A stretch of DNA of 64,000 nucleotides, from the NCBI GenBank assembly GCA_964016885.1, contig OZ024741.1:61070001-61134000 (forward strand), read 5' to 3'. Each line of letters opens with the position of its first letter. The first letter of the stretch is position 1. The notes under the pieces were generated by a model. It had not been told where the DNA came from. It made no database searches and was given only the letters and a program-made list of their open reading frames with translations. A program made the position numbers and the translations under genes. Origin of the DNA: Eledone cirrhosa (taxonomy: Eukaryota). Shown piece after piece: positions 11,920 to 26,553 of this stretch.

Positions 11920-14386
11920 CTAGCAGAAGTACCCGGCGATGCCCGGGTGTAAGTCGACCTTTGGTCTGTTAGAATGTGTGAAAGTTACTTCCCGCGCATC
12001 ACAGGTTCAAAACTTCGAACTTCAATGGAAAAAAATAGGTTAGTAGACACAGGTGTGTAATTTATTAATTGTAGTTACACAGTGTATCGCTGAAATTGTT
12101 CTCTGCACGACTGACCGAAGTCAAAATCGCTTGATATTGAATGTTCAGTTAATTTAAAGCAGGGTGAAAATGTCGATTACTTTCAGGGTTTTTTTTTTTT
12201 TTACAATTTTTGCGCTCACATGTGCAGAAGAAGAATTAAAAGGGCCTTTATCTTAACCGCGGCATAATGGCGAGTCTTTTGTGACAGTTTTCAAGAATAT
12301 AGGACGTTCCTGTAAAAAGTTTTCCCATGTGTAACTTTGCCTTGTTTTTTTGCGCAAAGCCGAGCCCCGCTTCAGTTTTATTGATTTTTTACATCAATGC
12401 GTGATCTCTGAAGTAGATTTGAGTAGCTAAAAACCTGTCCTGGTAAATTTGCTATAGGTGAAAAAAAGTTGATCAAAATTGTATCTAGGGTTATTGCCCT
12501 TTGCCACAGCCTCAAGCCTCGTCTGGCGGGATGTTGGTGATTCCTCCGTCAGCGCTTGTTGGCGACGAAGGCGAACATCAGCAAGCCTTGTCGTACGTGA
12601 TGTTAGTGACTCAACCAGCCGGGAAAGACGTCTATCAGCGAGTCGAGATTCGCGCTCAGCAGGTGTTTCCTAGAGAAAATTAATTAATTCTACAGTGTCA
12701 ATAGTAAATGAGAAAAGTCTAACATGAACAAAAGGGAATCAAGGTAAGACAATAAATTTAATATAACTACGATTAGAATGTTGTAGTTGCTTAAAAGTGG
12801 TGACAGTTAGGATAAACGCAGTACTTGCTAACATTAAGGGAGAATATTGCATAAAGGATTAATCAATTGTGAATGAACTCATACCTGAGAACGCCTAATT
12901 CGTTGTCTCAAAGCAATAGCTGTACCTTTTTTGGAGGTAAGCCTTGAACGTTTCCGTGTGGGCATAACGACGTGTAACGAAGCTGTTAGGTTAGAGAGAG
13001 GTGATTAAATACAGAGTGAGATGACACCAGATTCGTTAGCATGAAAGGTTTGGAAATATGATTACAATAACTTACCGAATTTTCCCGTCTCTAAATTGCA
13101 CTTAAAATAATTAAATTTAATCAAAAAACAGGTCTGCGCTTTATACTCCGGTGAGCCTTATGTATAAATAATACAATGGTAATCAATCACGGCTCTAACA
13201 GAAGTAATAGATCTAGACTAAAAGTAAAGAAGATAGCATTTTCTGGTTGACCTTACACGCCGTTGCGCGGACCTGATTTTAAATGATATGCCTTATATCC
13301 TGGTGAGCCTTATAGAGTGGAAAATATCTATTGGAAAAGAATACGAATTCATGACCAAGGTGTGACAAAATAGGCGTCTATATAGCGCCTGAAACAAACT
13401 TGTCCAAAACCCTAGGATTTTTCTCGTTAAGTATCCACCCAAAAGGAACCGTTTTTTAGTTACAAAAAATAACCAAAGTGTATAGTAGCTATATTTCTGA
13501 CATATCATGCCAAAAAGAACAATATATTCAAAAAATGTTCTAAAGTACATTCAATCTCTCTTTTTGACCGATATCTTAATAAGCAAGTTATCGATTTTTT
13601 ATTGGCTGTCAGTGTCTATCTGCATGCAGGTGTGTACGTGTGCGCAATTAATTGCAAATACGCTCATAACATTTAGTCGTAAGCAGAACAAAAAATGCCA
13701 TTAGAGGTGGGCTAATAATGAAGACACAAACCCTGGTGAACTTACGTTTAAACACCCGAAAAGTTACTCACTTCCTGTGCAAAAGACTGTATTATAAATT
13801 AAGTAATTTTTTAGAATCTTTTGTTTAAAAAAGGAAAACATTGGTACGACGTAAATTTTTTTACTTGTATTGTATGTGTACAACACAACTTGGTCAACGT
13901 CTTATTTAGTAATTTTTTTTTCAAAAAGCATGATTATTTAAGACTGTTTGAAAATTTACTCACAGCTTTTAGGTTCACAAAAGACACCATTAAATTTGGT
14001 TCCCTTTTCAGATAGGGATAATACTGTATTTCCACTTGAATAAGGTGGAATATGAAAAGAAACTCTTTAATGGTCGGTCGTTTACTGAGACAGCTGGGAA
14101 GACATGCAGCTGGCCGTCCAATCAATAACGCACGTCCTTATATGGGCATATGAAATTTATTTTTATTGCGCCAGATGTAAACTAAGAGTTCTTGTGTTCG
14201 AATTCACATAAAATTTCATTGGAATCGAAAAACATTCTGTCATAGGGCCCGATTATCGATTTTTCGAAAATTTCAAGTAGCCTATTCCAGTCTACGCGTT
14301 GAGTTTTATATATGTGTGAGGTTTCATGAAAATTGGATGAACGGTGTAGCAGGCAAGTTCGGTACACTAAACAATGTCCATCTTCC

Positions 14387-14445
<59 letters not shown>
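11920..14445 (-). mobile_element. Helitron-like non-autonomous element in (TA)n
   Basis: Minus-strand 3' end: GC hairpin ACCCGGGCATCGCCGGGT about 8 nt before CTAG|T; 5' end (TA)n-AAAGGGAAG; the 5' boundary is approximate. Confidence 0.55.
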
Positions 14446-14447
<2 letters not shown>

Positions 14448-14532
14448 TACGTTATTCCGGGTTGAATCGGAGGTAACCACAGTAAGTAAGGTACTCAATA
14501 CATAGCAGAGTATAACAGTTTTAATGTAGATG

Positions 14533-14583
14533 AGATTCTACAGGACTAGAACTGTTTCATTCTTTAGAAATCATCAGGAATCT
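14533..14583 (-). ncRNA. Type I hammerhead ribozyme motif (pLTR family 1)
   Basis: AGATTC-CTGATGA-tttctaaagaat-GAAACAG-ttctagtc-CTGTA-GAATCT. Confidence 0.75.
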
Positions 14584-16696
14584 GGGTATCAAAAAATAAA
14601 TATGGTATTTATAGGTCTTTTCAGCTTGTAGGAGAGGGTAGGGAGTGGGATGGGTAGAGGTCATTGGTTGATAGAAAAGGGAATTCATTAAAAGCTAATT
14701 CTTTAAAGCTATAATTTATATTTAGAGTAACAAAGGCAGAAAGAATTCTATAAACAAGTTCAGAATGGGGTGCCACTCCTTATTTTTAAGTTTCTCTTAA
14801 GCTAGCAATGCTTATATTTCAGGTGTCTATAAGATTGTTGGGGGTCGGTCATGGTTGATGGATTTAAAGAAAAGGGAAATTCTTTAAAAGCTAATTATTT
14901 TAAAGAATATATATATATATATTAAATATCCCTTTTGCTTATATATATATATATATATATATATAGTCTATCAAAGTTCTTTCGTCATACATTTGTGACA
15001 TCATCAGTGGTATTACTATGTTTCCTCCCGTTGTATTGTAATGTCTACGCCATTTCTATTTATCTATTTATTTATTTATTTATTTATTTCTCTGTTTGCG
15101 CATGCGTTTGTGTGTGTGTTTTCTGTTTGCTGCGTGTGTTCGTGTTTGAGTCTATGTGTTTTTGTATTCTATCTTTGTTCACTAGTGTGTGTTTATGTCT
15201 GTTTGTTGTTATTGTATTTGTGTATATATTTATTTTTTATTTATATTTACCCTAAGTCAGTATTGTTTGTTTGGGTATGGTTGTTGTTATTCCATTCGTT
15301 TTTTTCTGTTCAACTTTGGTTTTCTTAGTCCTATTTCAGTTGTTTCTCTGATTTGCCTACCTGTTGAGTCATTTCTATGTTTAGATATTATTTTAATTTC
15401 TATGTTGTCTATGTTACCATCATGTCTTTGTCTGGCTTGTTCATATAGTACTGAACCGTCTTTTTGACCTTTTAGTTCCCCCAAGTGTTGGTCTATTCTC
15501 TCTCCTATGCTTCGAGCTGCCTCACTATGTATGTCGTTGTCTTATGCTATAGACTACATTTCTAGGTTTACAATTTATTAGAGTGTTCATTCTTATTCGC
15601 ACAGTGGGTTTTCTTAAAGGGGTATGATTTTATGGTAGTTTTTTTTAGGGGGGGGGGGGGGCTTTTCTACCACTTTAATCTTTAGATTGGTCTTTCTTAG
15701 GGCCTTTCTACATTGTTTAGCTAATTTCCTAACAGGGGTAGCATCCACGAACATGACACTCTGGTATCTCTGGTAGTCGTACAATGAAGTGGCTTTCCCT
15801 ATCTTATGTTTAGTCCTATCTAAGCTATCCCATGATTTGCTCCTGTATAATGGGCAAATTCCTTTCATGCCCATTTATATTTCTTATATTTCTCCGTGGC
15901 TTCTTTGTATACTCTAATTCTGTCTCTTTGGTTGTAGTCAGAGAACTGTATGCGATTGATGAAGTGTTGGATGTGCCTTTCTCATACAGTTGGGTCGCAC
16001 ATGCAGGACACATTCTTCATCACGCTCACCAAGTCTGCGATCGGAATATTAAACTTAGCACTATTGGACATTGTTGAGTTTTTGAGTATCAGGTATTTGG
16101 AGGCCATGGGTTTAGCATAATGTGAGTGGAGAATTTGTGCCCTCTCGTCCATAGTGTTAATCCAGAGTTCCGTGTCTAATACTGGCAATCTATTGTTAGG
16201 GTGTTTGGAAGGGTAGTCAATAGTTATTTTAATTATGGGGCGTATAATCATAGAGAGAAAGTAGGAGATCCTGTAGTAACTAGCAATATTGGCTCCGCAT
16301 ACAGGTCTTGGTGCTGGTCCTGTCATAGGGTCGTTAGTTGTCTTATGGTCTTTGCGTAATCCATGGTATGTCGTTGTTGGATGCTTCGAAATTATTGGCT
16401 GTGGGTCTACTTGATTTTAGGCTGTCATTCCACATCATCATGCGAACAATGAGGATCTTTTGTCTTTCCTCGAGTGACTGTGGTGTTGTTTCGCTCGTGC
16501 TGATGATGTGGGGTTGCATAGCCTTGATGTAGTTTGGCATAACAAAAATTTGTTAATATAGCTTTAAAGAATTAGCTTTTAATTAACTCCCTTTTCTTTA
16601 AATCCTTCAAATAATGACCTACACCCATCCCAATCCCTACCCTCTCCTACCACCAGATAAGGAAAGACATAAATACTACCATTTACTTGGACAGCC

Positions 16697-16747
16697 AGCT
16701 TCCTGATGATTTTTTACGAATGAAACAGTTCTAGTCCTGTAGAAGCT
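16697..16747 (+). ncRNA. Type I hammerhead ribozyme motif (pLTR family 1)
   Basis: AGCTTC-CTGATGA-ttttttacgaat-GAAACAG-ttctagtc-CTGTA-GAAGCT; compensatory change in helix I relative to the 14533 copy. Confidence 0.75.
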
Positions 16748-17149
16748 CTTCTATATTAAAACTATATATATATATATAAAATATATATATATATACACAG
16801 AACATACATATATATAATATATATATATATACATAAAACACATACATACATAAAATATATACACACATAAAACATACATACATATATATAAAATAACTTA
16901 TATACACATATAAAATATATATATATACACATGATATACATATACATAAATATATATAATCAGGTTCAATAAAATGTGGTTTTGATGACTCCTAACCAGT
17001 AGAGGATCCGGTGGACCATCTACCATAGGGACGACAAACTATGGGTGGTTGTTGTTGTCCATTGGTCATTGGTATGGAGTGTAGGGACCTACAGGGGGGG
17101 GGCGTTGTGGGAGGCCGTAACCGGGGTTTATCCATATAACTTGAGGAAA

Positions 17150-18480
17150 GTTCCCGTCCTTAGGTGTCTGCAGGCACCGAATAAGTCGGCCCTTCTGTTT
17201 AATAGCTTGGTTCCGCCATGAAGAATCTCGAGTGTCTCACTAAGACAGAGATTGCAAATACCAGACCCGCCTCTGTCTGGGGGAACATTTCTAACCACGG
17301 ACTAGACCAGAGAGTGCGGGGTCTTTTCAAGTTTGAGCTTCCAGATCAATTCAGAAAGGGCCGTACATTTCCTCTTATCTATTCTGTTAAAGGAGTGGCG
17401 ATGGTTATACCACTGATCTTTGAAGCTCGTCGCTGTGGATCCTATGTAGTGGTGCTCCGAGTTAGGGGTTGTGACCTTGCACCTGTAGACTACGTTTTTT
17501 CGTGATGCATTCATTACTAAGGGGGCATAGTGGTGGATCTCTGCAATTACATGACTTCTTAAGTCCACCACATGTACCGCGTGGTTACCATCACTTGGGG
17601 TTGGCTGCGTAGCCTCCGCAATCAGCACAGAATCGTTGGGTTCCGATGTGCTAGTTGGGCATGTCCGGGTTCCGTTGCGTCCCACGTGCTGGTTCTGTTG
17701 GGTGGTTCCGGGGTTTACGGTGGTATTAGAGGCAGAGAGCCTATTTCTATTTATGCCAGCTATGTGTTGGGATACGGAGCGTGTGGTTGAGTAGGAAAGT
17801 TTCACCGTGTACCTGTTGAATATTTTATGGTACTTGTGGACCCTAGGGAAACATTTATCCAGTACTCTAAAGAATGTTCTAGCCAGGCTGGTACGTAGAC
17901 CCACAGAGTACGGAGGGTTGTGCCATGTGACCTTCCTGGTCCTATTCTTGCGTGGTTGTTGGGTGTCTGCCGTGGACCATCGCGTGGCTGTGCACAGCTC
18001 AGGCCGAGCTCGGTTGGTGTCACTCAGGTGTGCGGAGCGGTCACTATCATGAGGGTTATATGGGCCCACCGTGGGGCTATAAACCTGCGAGGTGCGGCCT
18101 CCTTGCTCAGTTAGGGTTCGGCGGGTGGTGGTGCCGGTGCATGGGTGCCTATGCTCCGCAGCACAGTGGTCTTCAGCGTTGTAGGTATTATACCGGTGGG
18201 GTATGCGGGACCTTCTACCGGGGGTGGCGACGGATAGGGGTCTGGGAGTGTTACTACTGGTCACCGAGGTATTAGGTGGGCGACTCATGCCCCTGATGGT
18301 ATTGGTCCGGGGTACCCTTGGGTCATCTCGATCATGTCACTTAGGGTTATAGCTGATCCTATGGCTGTGGGACGCCTTAGCTAGAGCTGAGTTATAGTAA
18401 TCAGCATTACTATTGAAGATCTCTTCATTGGCCGACAAGTTAGAGATCCTGTCAGAGACACTCTTAACTACGGCCTTAAC
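17150..18480 (-). pseudogene. Penelope-like element 3' ORF fragment (linker plus GIY-YIG endonuclease)
   Basis: ORF 17302-18288: RKVTWHNPPYS, KIFNRYTVKLSYS, NVVYRCKV..YIGSTATSFKDQWYNH, TALSELIW. Confidence 0.85.
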
Positions 18481-18705
18481 TATATATATATATATATATA
18501 TATAGATATACGATATTAAACAAATGGAAACTATATTTATAAAACCATATTTATTTCATTATACATATTTCAGGGATACCATATTAAAATATGGCATGCC
18601 TTCGTCAGATAAAATACAATATATAAACAGTTTTATAAATAATTTTGACGTACCCTAATATAAGCGACCATTATTTTTGGAAGCTGTCTGGATAGTGATT
18701 TGTTT

Positions 18706-19228
18706 ATAATTATTTAGTTATAGAGTTAAGCACAGTTAGAAAAAAGACGGAGAGAAAGAAAAAACGGAGATAAAGAAAAAACGGAGATTGAGGGGGAGAG
18801 GAAAAGAAGGAGAGAGAGAAAAAACAAAGACATATATAAATAGATAGGAGGAAGTGAAAAAGAAACAAGAAAGAAATAAGAGAGGCAAACGAAAGCAACA
18901 GGGAGATAATAATTCATCATACAGATAGAGAAACTCAAGAGAGAGGAAGTACTATATAGAGAGAGAAGGATAATAATTATTTAGTTATAGTGTTAAGCAC
19001 AGTTAGAAAAAAGACGGAGAGAAAGAAAAAACGGAGATAGAGAAAAAACGGAGAGAGAGAGGGGAGAGGAAAAGAAGGAGAGAGAGAAAATATAAATAGA
19101 TAGGAGGAAGTGAAAAAGAAACAAGAAAGAAATAAGAGAGACAAACGAAAGCAACAGAGAGATAATAATTCATCATACATATAGAGAAACTCAAGAGAGA
19201 GGAAGTACTATATATAGAGAGAAGGATA
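18706..19228. repeat. Tandem duplication (~265-bp GA-rich unit x2)
   Basis: ataattatttagttatag..ttaagcacagttagaaaaaagacggagag repeated at ~18706 and ~18974. Confidence 0.85.
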
Positions 19229-19333
19229 CAGTTACAGCTTTACGTCATGTCATATCAAGTTGAATTATCAATTCATATGAAATGAATAATAAAAACGCAA
19301 ATATCAATATTCATGAATGAGACATAGATATAT

Positions 19334-19516
19334 AATTGTTTCTACTTTAGGCACAAGGCCAGCAATCCACCAGTGCATTACTGGTACTTTATTTTATCGA
19401 CCCCGTAAGGATGAAAGGCAAAGTCAACCTCGGCGGGATTTGAACTCAGATCGTAAAGGGACGTAACTATGCTGGAAAGGATGGCGTCCGACCCTCTACC
19501 GATACTGCCAATCCAT
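19334..19516 (-). mobile_element. tRNA-derived SINE
   Basis: Same family as the 3007 and 9808 copies. Confidence 0.85.
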
Positions 19517-21201
19517 AGATATATAATATGAGAAAATAACATTGTTCAATAATGACCATATGTTTAGTTTAAAACTCTGAGGTCAATATACCAAAATCTG
19601 AGTTAAAACCTTCAAAAATTACCCTATTTATAAAAATACGGATACATATATGTGTATATATATATATACACGCATATGTACATTCTGAAAAAAGAAAAAA
19701 GAGAAAATTATGTCTAACTCTAGTCAATAATATAGACATACAAATGACTTCACCTGATCACTTCTATAATTTCTTGTGTTATAAAAATTTCACTGTATAT
19801 ATACATAAAATATACGATTAATATTCATGTCCTCACATACATGATTACCGTTCATGTATTTAATAATTATGCATATCTGTACCACACATCAACATATACA
19901 CACAGAACCATACATATATATATATATATATATGTATAAAATATCTGCGTGAGTTTTCCAGCACCGTTACGCACATATACAGACATATGAACACATAAAT
20001 AAACTCTATAAACCTTTTATATGCATGTTAATACACACAGATGGCCTTTGTATAGAGATAATCAAATATCAATATATTAACACAGAAATATCAAAGCATT
20101 AAAATACTTTTAACACACTAGAGAGTATCTCATGCCAAAACAATATGCTTCATATATTTATTATAGAAATCTATCCTACCTATATCTCAAACAGGGTAGA
20201 CATATGAAAGTTATTAGAAGCTATCAGAGTCAAAAAACAAATAAAAAGCAAAAATTATTTAAAAGATTTAGAAGACCCAGTGATTCTACGGATGCCCTTA
20301 TATTTAGTATAGAAATTTATCTTGCGTAAAATTTATTTAATACATTGGGAGCATATACATTTTAGAGTAGTTTATTATATCTTTGTTTATATTTAGGAAG
20401 AAGGTTTAAAAAGAAAAAGGTGAAGGAATCAAATGATTTATCGTCAGGTTTCATATATTAACTAAATTTCTTAATTAATTATACTACATTTTAAATTTAT
20501 ATTTATATTTAAACGTTGAGTTCAATCTATGTCTGCAGCAACTGAATAAATTGCTCCTTAAATTAAGGGAATTTTTGGACTTTAATATAAAGAATATTTC
20601 CTCCACACAGAGATCACATGTCTCTGATGAGGAATTAAAAGGAATCCCTTTTGAGACAATATTCCAAAACATCGAATACTTAACATTATCTCGTTTAAGG
20701 TGCCAGAGTAGGCTTGATAGCGAAGTGAGGATTTTTTGTTTGGATCTGTGAAAGAATTCTTATGATTATTGAAGCGAAGTTTAAATTCTGTCGAGGTGGA
20801 ACCAACATAGTTGAAAGAATTTAAGTTAGTTTTAACATTACAATTGTACACTACATTTTTAGCTAAGCAATTGTTATTTAACGGACAGTTAGATTTATTT
20901 CTACAGTTACAGTTATTTAATTGAATATTGTTTGGGTTATTATTGGTATTTTGATTAGGTTTTAAATTCCTATTATTAATTCTGTTAATATTTTGTGCTA
21001 AACTTTTGGTGGACGAGTAAGTTAATTTTATAGTGTGTCTATTAAAAATTGATTGATATGTATGTGTTCTAGGGAAGCGTTTGTCAAGAACATTAAAGAA
21101 TAGTTCGTATATCGTATATCTACTCCAAAAACTTGTCGAGTGCTTTATATCAGTTATAAAATATTTACTTGTTGTACCCCAACAATTTTAAATAAAACTT
21201 T

Positions 21202-21239
<38 letters not shown>

Positions 21240-21338
21240 AAACTTGGACGGGAACAAAAAAGAGAGGCTACAAATAAAAGTTTATTAGGTTCACGCTCTT
21301 GATATATATATATATACTCTCTCTATATATATATCATG

Positions 21339-21477
<139 letters not shown>

Positions 21478-21829
21478 CGACGTGCCTCTGCAGTTTCCGT
21501 CAACTATGTATTAAACTTATTTGTCTCTCACTCTTACCACTTTATAAACAATTCCACTTTTCCTGTTCCTTATAGACACCATGCTGTTTTGTTGAGGGAA
21601 AAAGACTTGACATTATAAATGCTATGCACGTTGTAATTGCAATAGAATACACGAAAGAAAATAATCGGTTCATGAGATTTGCAACGTCCAGTCATTTCCA
21701 CATTAATTTCACGAGTAGGCTGCTTCTTTGGTCAAACAACTGGAACTCTCAATGTCGGAACCGACGTATTTCCAATATAGAATCTATGAAACTTACTTGG
21801 CTAAACTCATAATCTGTCTGTGCATCAAT

Positions 21830-22413
21830 ACGTGTAGGTGTGTATCTATATATATATATATATATACATCTATGTGTGCGTGTGTCTAGGGGGGTATGTG
21901 TATCTGTGTGCATACATCTATATGTGTGTGTCTATGGGTGTATGTGTATCTGTGTGCATACATCTATATGTGTGTGTCTATGGGTGTATGTGTATCTGTG
22001 TGCATACATCTATATGTGTGTGTGTCTATGTGTGTGCCTCTATATATGGCTGTGTGCCTCTATCTATGTGTGTGCGTGTGTGTGTTTGAGTGCATGGGTG
22101 TATGAACGTTGTAATTCTGTTTGATCAGATATAAACAGTAGGAATTGAATTGGTTTGCGTAAATTCATACACGCACACATATATGTTATGTGTGTTTGTG
22201 TGTGTGTATACATATTTATAATATATACATATGTATTCATGTATATATATATCTATGTATGCAGGCATATACAGTGGTTTATGGCGGCCTGTCTAGTTTT
22301 GTGTGCGCCTCTATTTGTGTTCACAAGGGCATCTTGGGGGATATGTGTACGAAAGTGTGTGCGTGTAAATCTATCTAGTATATATTTTCCTACGTACATA
22401 TATATATATATAC

Positions 22414-22500
<87 letters not shown>

Positions 22501-22894
22501 TATACATATATATGTATATACTTATATATATATACATATACACATATATATATATACTATATATATATGTAAATATATATATATGTAAATATATATATAT
22601 AAACACACACACACATATATATATATATATATGTGCATATATATATGAATATATATATGTGTGTGCATAGATATATAAATATGTATGTGTATATATATAT
22701 ATATATATATACAATATATATATATACATATATATGTATATATATGTGTGTATTTACACATATATATACATATATATGTATATATATATATATATGTGTG
22801 TATATATATATATATATATTGTATATATATATACACACATATATATACATATATATGTATATATATATACTCGTATATATATATATATATATAC

Positions 22895-22942
<48 letters not shown>

Positions 22943-22952
22943 ATAGATATAT

Positions 22953-23013
<61 letters not shown>

Positions 23014-23067
23014 TATATATATACATACATATATATATATATACACATATATATGTATATATATATG

Positions 23068-23098
<31 letters not shown>

Positions 23099-23120
23099 AT
23101 TATATATTTATATATATATA
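21830..23120. repeat. Compound (TA)n/(TG)n low-complexity tract including a ~46-bp minisatellite at 21865-22020
   Basis: Direct reading. Confidence 0.9.
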
Positions 23121-23830
23121 AGAGAGAGAAAGATATAGAGGAGACGAGATATCATAAATCTAGCGTTCGTTTATGGCGTATATTATCTATTAACTTGTTT
23201 GTTATATTTTTGTTTTGTTCGTGTCTTATTTTACTTTTAACATTAAAAAATATACTCTCAATATTCGGCGTATTGCATGCTGATATTTACAGACAGATTC
23301 ACCACCCCAACTCAGCTCGCTTTCTCATTCTCTCCCTCTTTCTACTTATGTCTCTCTTTCTCTACCTCACTTCGTCAGACACGGAACACTGTTTGGCTCC
23401 AAATATTCATCTTACCTCTGGCAACGACATGTTATATATTACATGTCGAATTTGCCAGAATAACCAGTAAAAACATAATAAATAGCAACAAAAAAACAAA
23501 ATGGAGAACTAGACTGTATTCATAATTCAAGATGTTCCATACTGGGTTTTATGCAGTATGCTGTATATTTATAATGATTTCTTCATTAAATGAGGACGAT
23601 GATGATGATGACATTATCGCCATAATATTGGCAACGTATTTGTAATAACATATTATCGAGTGTCTCGTCTGCTTAGATTCATAGATTCACTAATGAAAAG
23701 GACTGCACTGCATAATTGGCTCTCTTATAGCTGGATCATCAAACGTTAGACCACTCACATACACCCCCCCCCCCTACACACACACACACACACACACACA
23801 TACACATATATATATATTTGTGTGTATACA

Positions 23831-23903
<73 letters not shown>

Positions 23904-25092
23904 AGAAGGAGTAAGCTTTTCTGACAATGGCTAAGAAACGAGAAATGGTGCCATTAGAATGTTCCACCTTGCTTGGTTGCTAAAGATCTAAAATTTCATA
24001 GCGAGGCTATAGAAATGTTTATTTACATGAACATTTTGTATATGATTTAATATACAACCCCAGTCACTTATCAATCATGCTATGTCAGAGGATCATTTCC
24101 TCTCGCATGATTTTGCCCTGTATGCAAATCAGCTTCGTAAACTTATGTTCATGAGCATAAAACCTATAAGCTTTTAGCTTATATTCGTCTCAGCATTCAA
24201 GAAGGCGTAAGGTTCTCTGACGGCGATTAAGAAACAAAAACCAAAAACGGAGCCATTAGAATATCCTCCCTTGCTTGGATTCAAAAGATCAGTGGTGAAT
24301 CATCACCGCTTCTAAAATGTTATAACGCGGTTATGAAAATGTTTATATATATATATATATTTTTATACTTGTGGAGGGTCATGTTGCCAATATTGCCCAT
24401 AAAAACTAGTTAGTTCATCAAACTTCTATCGTCACACATTAGTTACCTCTCGAATGTTTTAGTCTTTCTTTGTTTCTCCGTTTCTTTCTGCTCTTATTAT
24501 GTTTCAACGCATGATTGTGCGTTTTTTTTTCTTAATGTAATGCTCTGGTGCGATATATTTTTGGATGAAATTTTCTGGTTAAGGTAGTTATATCTTATTT
24601 AATTCTGAGGATATCTCATATTGATCTGTCAATATTAAGGATGAAACGTATGCAAATTAAAATATGATATAGTTAACAATGTTTGTTTGTTTTTTTTCGA
24701 TATATATATATATACATACATATATACATTCCTAGGCCGGATGGATGGCACAGGTAAAAGAGTAAAAGAGTAATATACCAACGGCTAGCGTGCAGGTGTG
24801 CGGGCTTGCTCGCTTCGAACTGGTTAGGCCTGGTCGTGATCAAGCTCAAATACAGTTTCGTCAATGGAAATAACACATCTTTGAAGAAGTCAATACTGAC
24901 TTATTAGTTACCAGTTGTGCAATCAATTGAGACCAAAATACTTGAACACGCTTCGTCGAAACCGACGTAGGTCCAATGCATATAAACACACACATATATA
25001 CCACACACACATTCATACATAAATAAAAGTTAGAAATAAAAATATCAAGCAAATAACACTACAAAGAAAAATTTTAAAAGGCTATTTTTCTA

Positions 25093-25822
25093 GGTGGATT
25101 GGCAGTATCGGTAGAGAGTCCGACACTATGCTTTGCAACATAGAGTTACGGCCTTTTAAGGTCTCAGTTAAAATCCCGCCGAGGGTAACTTTGCCTTTCA
25201 TCGCTATGGGGTCGAAATAATAAAGTACCGGTAATGCACTGGGTAGTTGCTGGCCTTGTGCCAAAAGTAGAAACAATTATAATTATTAGAGCGGTGGATT
25301 GGCAGTATCGGTAGAGCGTCGGGCAGCATGCTTAGTGGAATTGAGTTACGGCCCTTTATGTTCTGAGTTCAAATATCGTCCAGGTTAGCTTTGCCTTTCA
25401 CCCTTACGTGGTCGATAAAATAAAGTACCAGTAATGCAGTGGAGCCGATTTAATCGACTTTCCCTTTCCCCAAAAATTGTTGGCCTTGTGTCTAAATCAG
25501 AAACTATTATCATAATGATTTGCCCTTATCGAATCGAGAAAATTACGTACCAGTAACGCACTGGAGTCGATCTATGCCCCCCCCCCCCCTAAAGTATTGG
25601 CTTTTTGACTAAATCAGAAATATTATTTGTCATATGGAGGTGAATTGGCAGTAACGTTAGAGTTACGTCCTTTTACATTCTGAGCTCAAATCCCGCCGGA
25701 GTTAGCTTTGCTTTTCATCGTTACGGAGTCGATAAAATAAAGTACTAGTACGCACTACCGTCGATTTAATCAACTTTCGCCTCCCCCAAATGTTTGACTT
25801 TGTTCCTAAATCAGAAACCATT
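25093..25822 (+). mobile_element. Cluster of three tandem tRNA-derived SINEs (25093-25280, 25289-25510, 25636-25822) plus a partial copy
   Basis: Each begins GGTG(G/A)ATTGGCAGTA and carries the GTCGATAAAATAAAGTAC core. Confidence 0.8.
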
Positions 25823-26194
25823 ATGATTATTTGTCAAATTTATAATATTTGGCTAATTGTGTGGTACAATGTATATATTTTATTGAAAACGATAGGGTCA
25901 ATTTCATCTATTAAATAGTCATATATTTAGGTTTGTAAAATGAGATTTTTTATTTCTCTAGCGATTCAATAGTTTTGAAAAAGATTTTAACCTGACATTT
26001 ATTACTGACACCTTGTTTATGGTAATAAATTGTTGACTTTCAGTCAAGAAACTATGTAGAGATTTATTCCTGTACTTCTGCCAACGATGGGATGAATGCA
26101 CAACACAGATTGACGCTTTACACACACACACACGCACACACAGAAGCACACACACACGCGCGCGCGCGCGCGCACACACACACGCACACATATG

Positions 26195-26230
<36 letters not shown>

Positions 26231-26467
26231 CGTGTGTGTGTGCGTGTGTGTATGCGTGTGTGTGTGTGTGTGTGTAATTATGAGAGTAGGGAAATAAGCT
26301 GATCATGTGTGGTGCCAACACATATAAGAACAGATTTCAGGCTATGCGCTTCTGTTGTCATGTGACGTATTAAGCGTAAAAGTCACAGTCTGTGTTGTTA
26401 ATCTATAGCATAAATCTACACATACAACATATGTATCTATGTATTTATATATGTGTGTGTATATGGT

Positions 26468-26552
26468 TAGATAGATAAAAAGATGATAGAAAGATAGAAA
26501 GATAGAGAAGCAGATAGAGAGACAGATAGATAGATAGATAGATAGATAGATA
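26468..26552. repeat. (GATA)n tract at the 3' end of Tx1 copy A
   Basis: Direct reading. Confidence 0.95.
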
Positions 26553-26553
26553 T

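Larger units (their letters stand above)
14446..16762 (-). mobile_element. Degenerate Penelope-like element with inverted pseudo-LTRs
   Basis: 14520-14715 is inverted relative to 16555-16762; internal minus-strand fragments TIDYPSKHPNNRLPVLDTELW..HYAKPMAS (RT thumb) and RNVVYSI..ERIDQH (GIY-YIG). Confidence 0.75.
18505..21205 (-). mobile_element. 5'-truncated Penelope-like element: pLTR with hammerhead, long 3' UTR, GIY-YIG remnant, inverted pLTR piece
   Basis: 20484-21105: VYNCNV..YVGSTSTEFKLRFNNH, CDLCVEE, CCRH; 18505-18655 and 21107-21205 match the 6955-7190 pLTR sequence in opposite orientations. Confidence 0.7.

Noticed and set aside
21838-23470. Long YI/CV/HT-rich ORFs (also 49-320, 59175-60278, 60642-61378 and similar)
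   Set aside because: Translations of (TA)n, (TG)n and (CT)n microsatellites with no protein signal
24870-24980. Possible hammerhead (TTGAAGA ... GAAACC-GACGTA-GGTC)
   Set aside because: Core 5' box is mutated and no helix I partner is found
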